Program-made: the position numbers and the translations under genes
Source: Octopus bimaculoides
Taxonomy: Eukaryota
DNA: 64,000 bases
Assembly (NCBI RefSeq): GCF_001194135.2
Contig: NC_068994.1
Coordinates: 4,568,993 to 4,632,992 of the forward strand
Reading direction: 5' to 3'
The notes under the pieces: model-generated
Told to the model about the DNA's origin: nothing
Database searches by the model: none
What the model saw: the letters and a program-made list of their open reading frames with translations, nothing else
In this document: positions 59,630 through 64,000 of the stretch, piece after piece
Layout: every line of letters starts with the position of its first letter
Numbering within the stretch: the first letter of the stretch is position 1

Positions 59630-60283
59630 CCTTTTATTTGTATATATATATATACATATATATATACACATCTATACATACACATGTATGTATATATATA
59701 TATATATATACATACATATATATACACATATATATATATACACATATATATACATATACATACATGTATGCATATATGTATACACATGCATATACATATA
59801 CATATATACGCATGTATTTATACACATACACACACATACATATGTATTTATACACAAATACACACATATACATATGTATATATACATACATGCATAAACA
59901 CACACACACACATATATATATANNNNNNNNNNNNNNNNNNNNNNNNNNNNNNNNNNNNNNNNNNNNNNNNNNNNNNNNNNNNNNNNNNNNNNNNNNNNNN
60001 NNNNNNNNNNNNNNNNNNNNNNNNNNNNNNNNNNNNNNNNNNNNNNNNNNNNNNNNNNNNNNNNNNNNNNNNNNNNNNNNNNNNNNNNNNNNNNNNNNNN
60101 NNNNNNNNNNNNNNNNNNNNNNNNNNNNNNNNNNNNNNNNNNNNNNNNNNNNNNNNNNNNNNNNNNNNNNNNNNNNNNNNNNNNNNNNNNNNNNNNNNNN
60201 NNNNNNNNNNNNNNNNNNNNNNNNNNNNNNNNNNNNNNNNNNNNNNNNNNNNNNNNNNNNNNNNNNNNNNNNNNNNNNNNNNN

Positions 60284-60319
<36 letters not shown>

Positions 60320-60320
60320 C
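59630..60320. repeat. (TA/CA) degenerate dinucleotide repeat around a gap
   Basis: Direct reading. Confidence 0.9.
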
Positions 60321-60675
60321 ATCATTATCATCTTCATAAAGGCATTCATAAATAGATGTACATTTAACATCAACATCATTTAATGTCCACTCTTCCAATC
60401 TGGCATGGGTCAGGTGGAATTTCTCGAAGTGGATTTTCTGCAGCTAGATGCATTTCCTGTCACCAACGCTCACCTGTTTCCAAGAAAGGTAACAATTCTC
60501 TCCTCGGTCAAAAACTGTTTCATGGAAGAATGGAAACAAAACAACCCCACAGATATAACAATGATGCTGACTTACAAGCACCAGAGCATGTCTCAACAAA
60601 GGTGCACACAAACATATACATACATACATACATATGTATTCACACGCACATATATATCATATGTATGCCTACATA

Positions 60676-60835
60676 CAAGTTCCTTTCAGTTTCATCTACC
60701 AAATTTACTCACAAGACTTTCGCTAGATCAGGGCTACAGTAGGAGCCTCTTGCCCAAAGTGCCATGCACTGGGATCGATCCTACGTCCACACAGTTGGGA
60801 AGCAGGCTTCTTAACCACAGAGCCATGCCTGCACC
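60676..60835 (-). mobile_element. SINE family B head
   Basis: CCTTTCAGTTTC..CTTGCCCAAAGTGCCATGCA..CTTAACCACAGAGCCATGCC. Confidence 0.7.
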
Positions 60836-61161
60836 TATATATATATATATACACACACACACTCATATACATGTAAGTATACACACATATATATATACAC
60901 ATGTCTATACATGCATATATATATACACAGATATATACATACATATGTCTATACATGCATATATATACATAAATATACATATCTCTAAATATACTCATAG
61001 ATATACATATATAGGCATTCATATATATATATATATATANNNNNNNNNNNNNNNNNNNNNNNNNNNNNNNNNNNNNNNNNNNNNNNNNNNNNNNNNNNNN
61101 NNNNNNNNNNNNNNNNNNNNNNNNNNNNNNNNNNNNNNNNNNNNNNNNNNNNNNNNNNNNN

Positions 61162-61200
<39 letters not shown>

Positions 61201-61411
61201 ATACACATTCATACTATATATATAAAATAAATACATACACATTCATACTATATATACCCACAAATACACACACATATATACACATGCATACATATATATA
61301 GATATGTATACCCACACACATACACATATTTATGCATATATATATATTTATTTATTTATTTATATATATATATATTTAGACATACATGTCCATTTTCAAC
61401 CGCATATATTC

Positions 61412-61444
<33 letters not shown>

Positions 61445-61499
61445 TATTTTATCAAATGATGTTTGCAAATAACAAAGAAAGAAATGGAATACATAGGGA

Positions 61500-62560
61500 T
61501 AACGGCGAGACAATACATACCTGCTGTCATATGCAGTGTCCTGTCCAAGAGAAAAGACCCTGAAATTGGTCTCAAGTGGAAGGGCCAAAGTGTCCTGTAC
61601 AGATGACCTGGTCTAATTTTGTCCGGACTGGTTGGAGGTGAGAGAGTATCTTCTATCCTAAGCAGAACCGTACCACGTTCAATTCCAGTCAGTCAATAAA
61701 GAATCCTTTAGTTTTGAAATCTCACTCTTCCTACATTATATATATACATATATCTATATACATATACATATATATACAGTACTGTAGCTTTATTTGAAAA
61801 ATTTAATTAATTCATTAAATTTTAATTAATTTGATCACATGAAAACGGTTATTATTTTACAGCTCTTAGCTTTTTCTTTGCCGGGGGTCTGTTCCGTTGT
61901 AGCTGAACACGAAAAGGTTAAGGCGGACATTGAGGAAAATAATTAAAAATTAAAATCGCCTGAACCAGCAAAGCCCCCTTTTAATGAATGGAAAATCTGG
62001 AGCGAAGAACCAACAGCTTCGAACGGGCGATTTAAAGAAGTTAGTTACATTTTTATATTTGTGTTTTTCTACAATTATTATATCTGTCATGTGTTGTCCG
62101 TGTGTCTGCCTGGTGCCACTGTGTTTATATACACACATATATACACACATACATACATATACATATATATATATGTATATATATATATAACCACGCACCC
62201 ACAATTTAAATGAATCACTTGCTGTTTTGTTGGTTCGTCGGCGGCGGCGGAGGAGCGGAGGAGGGGGGGATCTTGGAGTTGTTTTTAGTTCCTCTTTGAG
62301 ACAAGTTGGAAGCAGATTATTGCGTATCCTTTTTTAGCAGACAGGCTGTGATACAAAGGGGGTTGTTGGCAAAGTGTGTTTAAAAAAAGTTTCAAGAGGA
62401 CAGTGTCGTGGAAAAAAGAGCCTTTTTCCTAATGCGATCTCATGCTACTGCAATAGAGTGGCTCACTGCCACCCACTCCGCCCCTTTCCCCCCCCTCTCC
62501 CCCAATGTAAACATAAGGGAGGTAATCCACTCGGCTTGCCCTCTCTACAGCTTGGAAGCC
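61500..62560 (-). promoter_or_regulatory. CpG-retaining unique region; candidate promoter and 5' exons (possibly of ZNF-B)
   Basis: GGCGGCGGCGGAGGAGCGG at about 62240; minus-strand donor-like sites CAG|GTATGT (intron start 61520) and GCT|GTAAAA (61860). Confidence 0.3.
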
Positions 62561-62695
62561 AGGACTTTTAAAATTACACACACACACATACATATGTATA
62601 TATATATATATGTGAATAAATATATTGATATATGTGTATATGCAAATATATATATATTTATGTGCGTGTGTGTAATTATATATACATACATACAT

Positions 62696-62727
<32 letters not shown>

Positions 62728-63364
62728 TGTCTAAATGTCCATATTGTATATTTAGTTAAAATCATATGTTGTTATAATTAATATTATTGAATAAAAAAAA
62801 CATTACAAATAAAGTATTATTATTGTGGTGGTTGTTGTTATGCACGCAATACATTAGGCGCAAAGTGTTAGTGTCTTTGTGTATGTCTATATACACATGT
62901 CTATATATATGTGTGTGTGTGTGTGTGTGTGACGCGTGTTTATGTCTGTATGTGTGTAATTCCAGACTAAAAACGGAAATTATTTTATTTCTGAATTCCT
63001 AAAAAGTTGATGTACAAACTATCAACTGAAATATGATTCAATTGAAAAACAGGACAAGAGAAAAACATTGAGACTAAGAGAATAAAGAGGCATACATTTT
63101 GCTCTGACGTGGAAGAAATTACGACCATCGATGTTTTTCGCTTGTCACCGGTCTCTTTGTTGTTAAGGCTTTGATCTTTCCTGTAAAATTCTGTTTACAT
63201 TTTGCTTGATACGGTCTTAGTTCCACGCCTTGGCACGCTTTGGATTATATTCACTGATTCTGTTCTTCGTTTGGCGAGATACAATATTGGTGGATTACAC
63301 ACACATACATAGATAACATACATACATAGTATATGTGTGTGTGTGTCATTTTATATAAATGTAC

Positions 63365-63520
63365 ATACATAGTTGTTTGGTAAAGAGGTGTGATTCGTAA
63401 CCACGTGCTTACGAATTCGATTCCATTGCGTAGCAAGTGTCTTCTCCCGTGGCCCCTGGTCGACACGTATCCTATGTTTACAGTTTAGTTGACGGAAACT
63501 GTGCGGAATCTCGTGTGTGG
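63365..63520 (+). mobile_element. SINE family B head, diverged
   Basis: AACCACGTG..GAATTCGATTCC..AGCAAGTGTCTTC..GACGGAAACTG. Confidence 0.55.
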
Positions 63521-63829
63521 CAGTGACTGTTGATTTGCTTTCCCTAATGTCAGATTGTAATCTAGCCATTCGGTGGACAGAAATCGATAAAATAAGTCCT
63601 ACTCAAAATGAAGATTAAGTTCAATATGACAAATTTAAACTGTCTTAAATAGCACCACAGCATGAATGCAGTCTCGTAACTAAAATCAGTAGAAGTTATA
63701 CATACATAGACAAAGCCTGCTTTGGATTGTGAAGAAGTTCTCTAGAGGATGGTATGGCTGTATGGGTAAGAAGTTCACCAAGGCTTGGTTCTCAGCTCTC
63801 TCTTGTTTATCACAGTAACTCCAGGCCTT

Positions 63830-64000
63830 AACAGAGGAATTCAAAACCGGCTGTGTGTATAACACAAGTAAGACTCAAAAGAGATCTAAGGAAGAATGTG
63901 ACGATCGAGAAGGTGAATGACAATGACCTTATTCTGTGCACAGTCTGTGACAGACGATGCCTTTCTTTTGCTGGGCTCAAATCTAATTTGTGAACCCATG
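63830..64000 (+). mobile_element. Decayed LINE ORF2 C-terminal zinc-finger fragment
   Basis: CTVCDRRCLSFAGLKSNL*TH, of the same type as 56490-56757 but with a stop. Confidence 0.5.

Overview
AT-rich, microsatellite-saturated eukaryotic genomic DNA from a gapped short-read scaffold. The repeat families and gene content suggest an octopod cephalopod; this is inferred from recall, not from a database search. Two long C2H2 zinc-finger genes converge tail-to-tail. ZNF-A (+, ATG 19239 to stop 22070, 943 aa) has about 16 fingers, most separated by long 18-23 aa linkers and carrying near-identical recognition helices. ZNF-B (-, visible 46385 to stop 43874, 5' end hidden in an N gap) has 19 tandem fingers built from a 333-bp four-finger cassette with a shortened (T/S)GDL linker after every fourth finger. 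The rest is transposon debris: several tRNA-derived SINE families, RTE-type LINE fragments including a RT with a PHD-like insert, an internally deleted mariner nested in a hAT-type MITE, further MITEs, a higher-order minisatellite, a dense CCAAT-box array and many simple repeats. Nearly all other ORFs in the track are low-complexity or N-gap artefacts. No rRNA, true tRNA or CRISPR array is present.
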